Assembly: GCA_032718475.1 (NCBI GenBank)
Contig: JAUCBJ010007275.1
Location: 35,666 to 99,665 of the forward strand
DNA: 64,000 nt
Direction: 5' to 3'
From: Nemertoderma westbladi
Taxonomy: Eukaryota > Animalia > Xenacoelomorpha
The position numbers and the translations under genes are program-made. Under the pieces are notes generated by a model. That model was not told the DNA's origin. It ran no database searches and worked only from the letters and a program-made list of their open reading frames with translations. Shown here piece after piece: positions 13,224-25,169 of this stretch (position 1 is its first letter; every line of letters begins with the position of its first letter).

Positions 13224-13617
13224 GGACAAAAAAGGATTTAAACGGACAATAAAAATTATTGCGTTCTGTTATTAGGTTTCACTATTACGGCAGTACTGAA
13301 GTTTACAGATAAGGGGGGAACCTGGACGCAATAAAAATTAATCCCTCCTCCAGGGGGAAATTCGACGCAAATAACAGCTAATTATCCTCAAAAATAAAAC
13401 TGTAACCTGTTCTATTATGCTTAGTTTATTGTTTTGGTTAAAATAACGTGCCACTGTAACCTGCTCCTTTCCCTAAATTGAGAATTTAACATTGATGCGG
13501 GATATTAATTCGCCAAGGCAGGTTTTGCGTCCAGTTTTCCCCCTGTCTCGAAGTTTTTATCTAAATTCCAGGAAGTGCTATGCATATTGCTGCAGTAGTA
13601 TTTTTTTTGAGGGATTA

Positions 13618-14792
13618 TGTAAAAGCTTTTGCGGATATAATCAGTCCCCTTGCCCGCAAAGTACCGTGTGGGTGTTTTAACGGACATAAAAGTTGTTCTT
13701 CTATATGTGTGCTTTGGAGGACATGGCAAGACACAAAACCCGCAATGCGTCAAATCCTCTAGCACAGTGTAGCCTTGATGATTCAGATTACGACATCTAA
13801 CAGCTGGTTGCTGTCATGGAAACGGCCGTTGGACACATGGTTCTTTGTTCAGCTTAACAGCCAATCAGAGCGATTTTTACTTTAGACGTGGAGATATTCT
13901 ACAGATCGTACTAGGTGTGTTCAGTCTTACAGTGTTAGAGTTTTGTTGTTTCTATCTAGGCCAAGAACACCGGCTCTGGAGTAAAATTGTTTTCAGACTT
14001 TAGAAGAAACATTAGTAGGCTTAGATTATAGAGCGTATAACTGTTATCAGCGGTACAGTCTTACAGTACCAATCATATCATATCTTAACCTACCGTCTTA
14101 ATGCTTTTACTGTTGTCATTATTTGTATCAGTTGGTTGAATATTATTACTTGGAAAACATCGATAAATAACCCAAATTTCCCAATTTTCTTGATACACTA
14201 CAGGTTAGAGAGACAGGTTACATATAGCGATTGCGACTTATATTATCGTGGTTTGTAGTGAATTTAATGCTATTTGATAAGCACTACATGAGTCAATTGC
14301 TGTTCTCTTTATGTATGATAAAATTCATTGACGGTCGGCAGATTAGTGTGCAGTATTGTGCGGTACCGGTAGTGTGCATGATTGTGGCTGATAACTAAGC
14401 ATTTCCTAAAGAATGCGCCTCATACGTGAATCATAAGCCTTCCCGTCTCACCGTTGTGTTTAGTATAAGTCATATCTCTGTTTACCTAGATAGAGCGCCA
14501 CGTCCTAAAGGAACTGTTAATATTTCCCGAAAGTGAATAATATTCGTCAGAAATTATTTATTAACGATCAATCGAATAATACAGTAAGCTTACACTGCAA
14601 TAAAATCTAAGCCCTCCGAATCCAGTCTCCCGGGTAAATCCAGCGGGTGAATGGACGCGCACTAGGCTGGCTTCGGCTAATGTTGTGTTTATTGGTATTA
14701 AATACTTGTCATATGTTAAAGTCTATTTATAAACCAAAAGATATATAAATTTTGGCAGGTTAAACTGCTAAAGGTCTTCAAAAGCGCGTACA
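13618..14792 (+). repeat. Element A 5' LTR
   Basis: Near-identical to 28497-29671 (about a dozen substitutions by eye, ~99%). TG...CA ends. AATAAA at 14599-14604. Confidence 0.97.
13858..14001 (+). promoter_or_regulatory. Putative LTR promoter (CCAAT box plus Inr-like TCAGAC)
   Basis: CAGCCAATCAGAG (CCAAT 13861-13865) and TTTCAGACTTT (~13991) are conserved in the otherwise divergent U3 of element B (34095, ~34227). Confidence 0.45.
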
Positions 14793-14803
14793 ATAACAGT
14801 TAT
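14793..14803 (+). other. Non-tRNA primer-binding site of element A (ATAACAGTTAT), complementary to LTR 14037-14047
   Basis: Directly abuts the LTR-terminal CA. No TGG. Exact reverse complement ATAACTGTTAT lies at 14037-14047 and 28916-28926. Confidence 0.75.
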
Positions 14804-14859
14804 CTTCTTTATTGCAGTAAGCAATAAAGTTGAAAGTACCGGTCGACCGGTAAACCTGA

Positions 14860-15020
14860 ACCGGTACTGCTGTAGGTCCGTAGGCCCAACTGCCAGAAAC
14901 GGTACTGCTGTAGGTCCGTAGGCCCAACTGCTTGAACCGGTACTGCTGTAGGTCCGTAGGCCCAACTGCCAGAATCGGTACTGCTGTAGGTCTGCAGGCC
15001 CAACTGTCCTAACCGGTACT
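14860..15020 (+). repeat. ~38-bp tandem repeat in the element A leader
   Basis: ACCGGTACTGCTGTAGGTCCGTAGGCCCAACTGC repeated about four times; a single related unit in element B. Confidence 0.8.
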
Positions 15021-15204
15021 TCCAGTATAAGTACATTAGTATTATTCGATTTTGATTATTGTATACCGGTAGGTCTTAGTACTTAATCAGGGAACAGCCG
15101 CCCTGGTTTTTTATTGACATTTTACTTATTTCTGTCGGTTTTATTTACATGTAAGTTAATATTGAGCAGAAGACGTGTAAGTCTGCTCAGATTGTTCAGA
15201 TAAT

Positions 15205-15775
15205 TGTAGGCTGGACTGTTGTCGGACTGTTGTTGGGTCTGGAGAGATTGCGGCGTATGTAGAGTCTGTCCGATAAAGTGCCAGTTAGTAAGTTGGGGCA
15301 TCTTGAGTTGTAAGGTCAACCCCCTCCTAAAGAATAAGTCGTACTACCGTGTTAGAACGCATACTAACTAACCATTTTGGAATCTGCATATACTGTAGTT
15401 TATTTAGGCTTGATAGTAGTCTACCAGCATTTTAGCCTGTGTTTGTTTGTGTGGTCTGTTCAGGTACCGTAATAGTTATTACTCAGATATTTTGTAGGCT
15501 GGATTGTTGTCTGGCTGTTGTTGGGTCTGGAGAGATTGCGGCGTGTGTAGAGTCTGTCCGATAAAGTGCCAGTTAGTAAGTTGGGGCATCTTGAGTTGTA
15601 AGGTCAACCCCCTCCTAAAGAATAAGTCGTACTACCGTGTTAGAACGCATACTAACTAACCATTTTGGAATCTGCACATACTGTAGTTTATTTAGGCTTG
15701 ATGGTAGTCTGCCAGCGTTTGGTTTGTATTTTGTTTGAGTATTCTGTACGGGTAGCGTAATATTTATTGTTCAGA
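15205..15775 (+). repeat. ~288-bp tandem duplication in the element A leader
   Basis: GGAGAGATTGCGGCGT...GTAGTCT occurs at 15241 and 15529; single copy in element B (~35345-35620). Confidence 0.85.
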
Positions 15776-17083
15776 GTTTATGCGATTATTCGAAACATTC
15801 ATGTCCCCAAGTTTATTCCTACAGTAATTGTGCTTGTTACACATACCGTTGTAGTTAAATTAACCCCGGTACTACACGGGCTGCTTGGCGTAGGTAAAGA
15901 CTGGTGACTTTGTGCTCCGGTCACTCCAGCAGATGCTGTGGTTCTTTTAACTGTTCAAGTATATTTAACTGCTAGTTATCTGTTTTTAATAAGTACTTGT
16001 ACCTAATTTAGGGTTTGGTGTACAGTGCTTTCCGAGAGTAATTAGTGTGTAGGCAGTGTATTGTGTTGTAAAGTGGTTAATAGGCACGTTGGATCTGGTA
16101 GTCCGCGGTAATTAACTTCCAGGTAGGAACACTCCGTGATACATAACGTAGTACCTATAGCGATACGGCTATAGGTCGTCAGACGGTGGTATTTTTCCTA
16201 TCTGGACAGCGCAACATATTTACTACTACTTATTATTTTCAAATACCATAGTACCCTGTCCGTTGTAATAACCAGAATTCTAACCCTTTGTTAGGCTGGT
16301 TTGTAGACTTCCTGTAAAATTACCCTAAAATTTCGTACGTAATATTTTTGTTGTGTTTAGTTAGAGAATTAATCTCACCCGTATCGTAAGTAATTCGTAG
16401 ATAAGTAACTTAGGAAGTAGAATTATCTGTTTTAGTGTCCAATAAGTAGCACTTCACTGAGAGCGCACAGCTTCTGTGTAGTGATTATTTCCCAGAAATA
16501 GTAACATCTATTTCAATATTGTAACAAAACCCCTCATACGGGTATATATATATATATATATTATATATTATATAATCAACTCAAACGATTTATAAATAGT
16601 AGGCCTGCCATACAACAACTAGGTCTCAATATCAGTTGGACTACTGCTTAAGTAACGGTAATAAAGTAAGTTAAAGTAACCAAGTAACCCTAAAATTTCA
16701 GAAATTCAATTATTCTAAAATAATTGACATACCGGTATTTACCATAGGCTTATTATATTTATTTCTATAAATTTGGGCTGAAATCATACCGGTATTCTGT
16801 AATTAATTCTAGTTCATAATTATACTTATATATACTATAAGTGTAAACTGCATACCGGTATTCACGATAGGCCTATTATATATTTATATATATATTTGTG
16901 CTAAAATTATATACCGGTATTCTGCGACAAACCTAGTCTACAATACTTATATATACTATAAGTGTATACCGGTATTCTAATATACTGTAATAAATTACCG
17001 GTACTAGGCCAACGGTCATACTGAATTACTAGACTTGCTTTAACTGTAACTATAGCAGTAAGCATTCAACTGTATAGCTAAGC

Positions 17084-20000
17084 ATGTCTGACACTAAGCA
17101 AAACCTGTCAGACAGTCTAATCGATACAACCATCTGTGACACAGATAGGAGTGTGGAGCGATTAAGAAAAGGGTTCAGCTCACCTCCTACTGAAAGAAAG
17201 GTCATCCCTCCAGTAGTAGTATCAGACCCTAGGCTAATCCAACACCGTAGGTCTATCATCGGCACTCGGGCCCAGGTCAAATGGAACCAAGAAGCAGCTG
17301 TCCAACAGCAGCAACATCCTAGTCAAGAAACTCGTTCCCAGCGACCCGATAGCTCCAGTAGTTCGGATACTGTAGAGCTGACCCCCGAACGCGGAGTGAA
17401 GATGGCGGATACAGCCTATTCGGATCCCCTTCTCACTCTTCCTGCCGCAGTACTAACTACGATATTGATTGCGGTGGAGGAACACCAAGTCGATTGGGCG
17501 AGAAGTAAGCGAGCGACCCAAGATAGTTATGCGGGATACGCCAGGGAAGAATTGATGTCTATTGTCGAGTCACAATGGAACTTTCCCGGACCCGGATTCC
17601 CGTTAGACTTATCCGAAGCTACCTGGGATGACATACACATGATGGGAGTGACTAGAGATACGATGGATCCAGCTGTTTGGAAGAGGTCGGCAGCAGGATA
17701 TGTGCAGGGATTCTTCGGCTCCTTAGAGCGATTAGAAGAACAACTGTTTCGACAACCCCAAGGACCTCAAGAGCAGGAAGAGCTGCTTTATCAAGTACGC
17801 GAAAGAACCCTACGCATTAGACTAATCCTATCAGCCTTTGAGGAAACTTCCAAAAGAAGACAGGACACGTCGCTGCAAGTTGCTGTCAAGACTTGGTTCC
17901 AGCGGATAGGTCTCAAATTTCAAGAAACGGCCCAGTGGAAATCCCAGCTGGCTGAGCGACCAACCTATGAAGAATCAACCGATGCCACCTTTTCTCAAGT
18001 GGAAAGCGAAGTGACAGCAGAGAGACCGTGAACGAGAGACGCCATCGACATCTATCTGTCAGACTATCAACGTTTTTTAGGTGATGAAGAGTTGAGGAGA
18101 CGACTGGCTGGACTTCGCCCCAATAGTGAAGGAGCCAAGCTTGTGTTGGACTCAATCGATGCGGAAATGTTAGCTGCAAACCAAGCTAAATTTGATGAAA
18201 AACTCCGCCTCGCTAGAGTCCAAGAAGAACAAGTAAAGAAAAAACGTATAGAGGACAGAAAGGCAGTAGCAGCTGCAAAGGCGGCAGCGGCAGTGGAAGA
18301 GGCAAAAGCGGCAGCGGCAGTGGAAGCGGCAAAAGCGACAGCGGCAGCGGCAGTGGAAGCAGCAAAAGCAGCAGCAGCAATGGCATTGGCAGAAGCAGAA
18401 CAGAGAGCGTCTGAAGAGACCACCCAACTGGAGTTGGAAAATCTTCAAGAGACGCAAGACTGCATAAATAAACAGTTAACTGCTAGTCAAATGCAGATGA
18501 TGAGTCGATCTACTCCCAAGCGCCAAGGATACACATCATCGGAGGAAGGCGAGACCACCGATCCTGAAGGCGGAGGAAATAGATCTCGTCTAAGCAGGCG
18601 TAGAAAAACATCTCACCGTCACAAATTGCCTGATTTGCCCCCAGCTGTTAGAAGACAACTAGCTAGCACAGACTTAGGTAGTACAGAACCCACAGACCAA
18701 ATTATTAAGGTCAAAAGACTCCCTACAATAGTAGATGAGCCTGAAATAGTTAAGCCTGTTATCGAAAACACCCCTTCGGTGAGAGAGGCCCCTGTACTTC
18801 CCGAACCTACAACCAAATTCCCTTTACACAGTACGAAACTGTTTGCACCCGGTGGAGCAGTCCCAGAGAATGTCCCGGTTCTTGACGCCGAGAGAGAAAT
18901 CCAAGATTTGTCTCCCGTTGTCCCACGTCGGCTCGCTACTATGTTGGCGACTCCCGCTTCGGCGGTCGAGTGGGTTGATGAGGGACGGCGGGAGATGGGT
19001 CTCTTGCTCGGGCAGCTGAGAGAGCACCGAGAATGCTCCTCACAGCAGATCCGAGATTTAGAAGGGACTGTCCACCAACTCAAGGGAACAGTAAGGGAAA
19101 GTAGGGTAGAATTGCAAGAAGTGCAGCAAAGTATCGCGCTGGAACGCGACAAATTAGTCAATATACAAAAGGGTATACCAATACCCCCTGTAACATTGTG
19201 TCAACCTGTTAGGTCTGAAGTATTACATGCGCAAGGTGTGGAGCCTACACGCATCTATACTGCTAGTGAAGTAGAAACTCCTATAGCAAACCCTATTAAG
19301 GGTGATTATAAACCTGTTGTTAATGATATTCCCTATAGACCTGATAATAATCCGAGAAATTTATATACCGATAATTCGATATTAAATAATACGATGGCCC
19401 AAGAAAGCTTTACGCGTCAGATGGCTAGAACAGAAGCCCGCCAAGCGGTCAAAGTGGGAGAAATCGTCAAATTCAATGGAGATGAGATGAAATGGTTACC
19501 TTTCAATGAATATTACAAAGATGGCATACAGAACTCTGTACTATCTAACGGAGAGAAACTTAGATTCCTCATCAAGTGCTTGGAAGGACCTCCCAAGTTA
19601 ATGGCGTTAAAGTTTATTGGACATCCAGATGGTTTAAGACAAGTTTGGGAGACATTAAACATCAGGTATGGTAACAAGGATAACATAGCGAAGTATTTGT
19701 ATGCAAAATTAGTAGCCCCCCGAAACTTCCTTAGTAGCGGGATTATAGAGTTTTCCGATGAGATTCAGGAGATCTGTAGACAATTGGACTGGTTAGGTAA
19801 GTCTCATGAATATCAGAGTTCCATGGTTATTGGAGCCGTAGTCTCTACTTTACCAAAGGGTGGAGTATGTACACGCTGGGATAAGAAAGTGTTGTATATG
19901 AATGAGCAGCAACGACGAGGCCCTACCATGGCTGATCTCATGTCCTTCTTAGATGGTGAAGTAAAACTACAACTCATAAAGCAGTCCAGAGAGAAAACAT

Positions 20001-23000
20001 CGGAAAATAAGGTAAGTGAGAAACCCGTTTCTAGGAGAAGAGTAACACCAGTGTGTTACACTGACGACGGCGAAAGCCAAGCTTCTCAAGAAGAGGACAG
20101 CGGAAAAGACACTGACAGATTTTACTACGTTAACAAAACCTCAAAAGACGTAAGTAAATACAAGGCTCAAACCAACGATAGGAGAGAACAGGTTGCCAAG
20201 ACTCCTCCTCAGTCTCCTAACAGAATGCACGGAAGAAAGCCCGAAGAAAGAACGAGAGTGCATCACGTTACCCAAGGTAAAGTGAGTAACATCAAACCAA
20301 ACTGTGCGCTGTGCGACGGGCCCCACCGTTTGAGTGCGTGTGCTGAATTCCTAAAGAAATCCCTGGTAGACAGACGTGAAGTCATGTGGGATAAGCGGTT
20401 ATGCTATAATTGCCTCAGACCAGGACACCAACGGCGAAACCTGTTACTCCGACGTAAAGTGTGCAAAGTGCGGTGCGAAACATCACATCTTGTTACACAG
20501 TGAATTCGAACGAAACAACCCGAGTCAGGTAAGTGAGCCCGAACAACATGTCCAATTCAGTGATGTAAATGACACTGATCAAGAGTCTGAGATGGAAGGA
20601 TTCTATACTTACGAATTCTCTGACGCCAACGAATCCTGTTACCTAATAAATACCGCAGTATATCGAGCACTTACTTACGAAAAGGACACCGACAATGAGT
20701 TCCCCCCAACTACCTTTGACAGACAACCATCTTGGAAAGATCCAACTTCCAACGTAGGAATCAGAGAATTTCCTGTAGTGCAGGTAAGAGTTCACGGTCC
20801 TAACAAAAGTTACATAGTGAACGCCCTCCTTGACTCCGGCAGCACAGGAACATTCATCGATCAAGAACTAGCCGAAGATATCTTTGCTGGACAACCCAAA
20901 TTCCAAACTAAGTTGAATATGTCCGGAATTATGCAGGTTTGGAAATCTACCCTAACGGCAGATTACTATGTAGGTGCGTTGTCCACCCCCCAGGATAAAT
21001 TAGGAGCACAAAGTATAAGGTCAGTAAAAATGGTGGCTATAAAGAACTTCGCTACTACCCAAGTAGAACCTTATAACTGGGACGAGGACGAGAGCATCCA
21101 ACAGCTCAAGATACCGCGATTCCAGACAGATTATCCTGGAGTGCAAATACTCATCGGCCAAAACGCGCATGAGGCGCTCGAGACATTGGAGAAACGGCCT
21201 GCTCAACCGCAACCACTACAAACCTATGCGGTAAGAACTAGAGTAGGTTGGTACTTTACTGGCCCTTCCCGCAGAACTCTCAAAGAGAGATTACCACAAG
21301 AAAGAATATACCAAGTAAGTGATTGGGAAGTGGAGAGCAGTGAGGTGGACGAACTAACTAAGGGAATACCATATTCCTCAGATAATGACGACATCTACCA
21401 ACTCTTCGATGAAGAGAACACAATCGACCTACTTACAGAAAACAAAACTTGGAAAAACCAGGTGAACCTATGTCAACTGATTCGCCCATCGGGACCCATT
21501 GATTACAATGACGAACTAAATGATGAGATAGAGCGCTACAACGCTAGAACTCGGGACGAACTCGCCGTACGATTCTTTACTCAAGAATTGGTAGAGCCCA
21601 ATTCATACGATAAGGCCCTATCGATAGAAGAAGAAAGAGCCAAGCAAATCCAGGAAACAACTACACGTTTTTTAAAAGATCAAGGTAGATATGAAATCGG
21701 CCTACCATTTCGAAAACGAGAACCTAGATTTATAAATAACAGACCCTTGGCAGAGAAAAGAATCACTCAATTACATCGACGTCTTACGGCTAATCCTTCA
21801 GCTAAAGAAATGTACCAAACTCAGTTGAAGAAATTTATTACAAAGGGATACGCGGAGCGAGTACCGGAAGGAACACCAGTAACTGAGAGAACGTATTACT
21901 TAACACATCATTACGTTCCCAAACCCGGTAAACCCCATGAAGTACGAGTCGTATTCGATGGCTCCGCTCTATATATGGGCCAATCCCTCAATTCCGAGTT
22001 GTTACCAGGACCCAACTTACTCCAATCTTTGTTGGGAATACTTTTAAGATTAAGACAATATTCCATCGCGTTCGCCTCCGATATAGAAGGAATGTTCTTA
22101 CAAGTCAAGGCGCTGGAGAGAGATAGAGACAGCCTAAGATTTCTGTGGTGGCCTGAAGGAGATCTCAACCAGAAACCGGTAGAGTACTGGATGACCATCC
22201 AGGCTTTTGGGATCATATCAAGCCCTTCCAACGCCTGCTCCGTGGTGCGGACCACTGCGAATGACAACCGAGACGCCTTCTCCAAAGAGGTGATAGACAA
22301 CATCAAGCGCGATATATACATGGACGACAATTTAAAGTCCCTTCCATCAGTAGAAGAAGCCATTGATGTCGCGAAAGGAACGGTAGAGTGTTTGAAAAGA
22401 GGTGGATTTCGACTGACGAAAATCACCAGCAACTCCCGTGAGTTTCTGGAAGCGATACCGGTAGAAGACCGAGGAACGAAAGACCTAGACTTAATAAAGG
22501 ACGATCTTCCAGAAACCAAGACGCTTGGCTTGAAGTGGGACACAGAAAGAGATATCCTGTTTTTTCAGCTAAAACAGCAAGATAATCCAGTTCGGACCAA
22601 ACGGATTTGTTTAAGTATCCTGAGCACTTATTTCGACCCATTGGGATTTATTAGCCCAGTTATATTGATTGCTCGGAGTTTAGTACAACAAATGTGGCTT
22701 GAAAACCACTCATGGGACGATCCACTTAAGGGAGAACTGTTAACGAGGTGGATGAAATGGGAAGATTCTCTACCTGCCATCGAGAGCTTTGTAATTTCCC
22801 GTGCATATTTTGGTCATGTTCTCCCTACGTATTCCTATCAACTCCATGTGTTTGGAGACGCCAGCGACATGGGAATAGGTATAGTAGCATATCTGCGAGT
22901 CGAAACTCCGGATGGAATCAAAGTCGCCTTGGTTACCTCTAAGGCATTGATTAACAACAAGTTAAAGGTTCCTCGAGCGGAGTTAAAAGCGGCTTTATAC

Positions 23001-25169
23001 GCTACAGCCATCGGCCGGAACGTAACAGAACAAATCGACTATCCACTGGAGAAAACTGTTTATTGGACCGACGCTTTACTCGTGTTGGAGTATATAACCA
23101 ATGAAGTCTGTCAGTTCAGCGTTTTTGTTACTAACAGGGTAGCTATTATTCTTAGTCGCACAAAGATAGATCAATGGAGACATTGCCCTGGTACGATTAA
23201 TCCAGCCGATATCGCCTCCAGGGGAGCGACTCCACAGGAACTGATAGATACTCCAGACTGGTTGGGTGGACCTGACTTCCTGAGTAAGGAAGAGGATGAA
23301 TGGCCTCCTCACCTTACTACGGCAGAGATTAGACAAGCCAAGGGAGCGGAGAAAGTCAAACCTAAAACCCGGGCGAGTAAATCGAAGTTATTTAAACCGA
23401 CGATCGATCTATCTGTATTACATACTTCCGGAAACGATGCTTCGGATCCACAATCCCTCGCCACAAATAAGTCTGTTGTGGAAATTAGAGATAGAGATTG
23501 GAAATCTGGAATACCAGACGTCTCGCAAGGAATCTCACCCCTGCTGCAGAGAGCAATGTATCACTACAGTTCCTGGAATCGGCTCTGTAAAGCCGTCACA
23601 TATTTAAGGAGATGTTTTCATCATCACTACTCCAGGACGAAGACCATTAATGATACCGCTCCATTGACATCTGCGCAAGTTCATGTTATTAAAAATTTAC
23701 CCAAATATAAGACATCCGACCGGTTTCTAAAGGAGAAAATCAGTTACCAGGAGCATGAAGAAACCAATAAGCAGATACTGAGACTCCTGCAATGCTATGA
23801 GGATTCCGATAAGTATTTCCTGTTGTTGAGAAATCCGCAGATGCGCTTAAGGGATCGCTTCTCTAGCACAATGATAGATGGGTTAATACGTGGTGGAGGA
23901 AGACTCACCAATGCGCCATTATCCTTTGACACTAAATTCCCCATATTCATTAGAAATCTTGAAGTACAAATCAAGATGATTGTAGATGTTCACAGTAAAC
24001 TTTATCATGCTCGTAGAGAACGAGTTCTTAGCGAAATCCGAACTCGCTATTATTTTTATAAACCCCGTAGAGCTCTGAACCAAGTTCTTAGGAACTGCAT
24101 ACCCTGTAGGAAAGCATTCAGTAGGCCTTTAACACAGCGAGAGGCAGAATTACCTAGGGAACAAGTAAGCTTCTATGAACCACCTTTTACTAATACTGGT
24201 GTAGATTTATTTGGCCCTATTGAAGTATATCGTGCTAGGACTATAGTCAAGAGATGGTGTGTCATCTTCGTATGCATGACTTGTAGAGCCATCCATCTCG
24301 ATATGGTGAACGATCTATCTACCAACAGCTTCGTCTTAAGTTTACGCCGACAGATCGCTCGCTTCGGGACTAGTAATACCATGAGATCGGATAAGGGAAC
24401 GAACTTCATTGGTGCCAACAACGAAATCCAGGCTTACGTGAAGGACTGGAACCAAAGACAGGTGGACGATCAGCTAAGGATAACAGCGTCTAGCTGGACC
24501 TTCAAAGCCGCCGACGCCCCTTGGTGGGGAGGAAGTTGGGAGAGATTAATTAGAAGTGTCAAGACCGCATTTCACTTTATAGTGCCATGCCGCGCGTATC
24601 TCACCGACGAACTTTTGCGGACGTTAATGGAGGAAATAGCTGCCTATCTCAACGAGAGACCGCTTATGCCAGTCTCATCGAGTCCCGATTCCCTGGAAGC
24701 GCTAACACCCGCGCACTTTCTACTGAAGAAACCTGTAGCCATGCTCCCACGATCGGAGATTGCCGACGGAGACGAATACTGCCGTCGAACTTGGCAACTT
24801 ACGCAGTTGCTATCCCGTCGTTTCGCTGACCATTTCGAGAAACATTATCTGCCCACGCTACAACTTCGAACTAAGTGGTTTGCGCAGCAAGAAAACGTCA
24901 GCGCCGGAGATATGGTGCTTATTGTAGATTCAGACCTTCCACGTAAACGGTGGCAGACAGGTCGTATCATCGAGACTCACATCTCGGATGATGGTTTAGT
25001 GCGCTCGGTAGAACTCGTCGTCATGCGGCGTAACTTCAAGAAGCCAGGCATAATCTTTGAGACGCAACAGCTCAACCGCCCAGTTGGTCGTTTATGTTTA
25101 TGGAAAGAGACCGAGAACTCTCCGGAAACTATGGAAGGCAAGACACTCTTCCCACGACCACCTCCCTAA
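17084..25169 (+). pseudogene. Element A gag-pol polyprotein (~2690 aa) with one nonsense codon and one +1 frameshift
   Basis: ORFs 17084-18031 and 18092-20503 are in frame across TGA 18029-18031 (sense codon in B). An extra A near 20437 relative to B shifts the frame. Motifs: DUF1759-like FNGDEMKW, three Zn knuckles, protease LLDSGS, RT YMDD, Pao RNase H FGDAS/PRAEL/YWTD/NPADIASRG, integrase H-H-C-C, GVDLFGP, SDKGTNF, WWGGSWERL. Confidence 0.95.

Noticed and set aside
14225-14475. Group I intron or lariat-capping ribozyme core (GACTTA/TAAGTC resembling P7)
   Set aside because: Helix order does not fit the P3-P7 topology and no P4-P6 consensus was found; kept only as generic structure.
18029-18031. 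Possible stop-codon readthrough or a separate ORF0
   Set aside because: B has a sense codon at this position in a continuous frame; a simple nonsense mutation explains it.
20376-20503. Apparent programmed gag/pol frameshift in element A
   Set aside because: Element B reads through in one frame here. A has one extra A inside the second Zn knuckle, so this is a mutation or a sequencing error.
18067-24421. Antisense ORFs over gag-pol, some present in both A and B
   Set aside because: Shadow frames of conserved sense coding sequence with no recognisable motifs.
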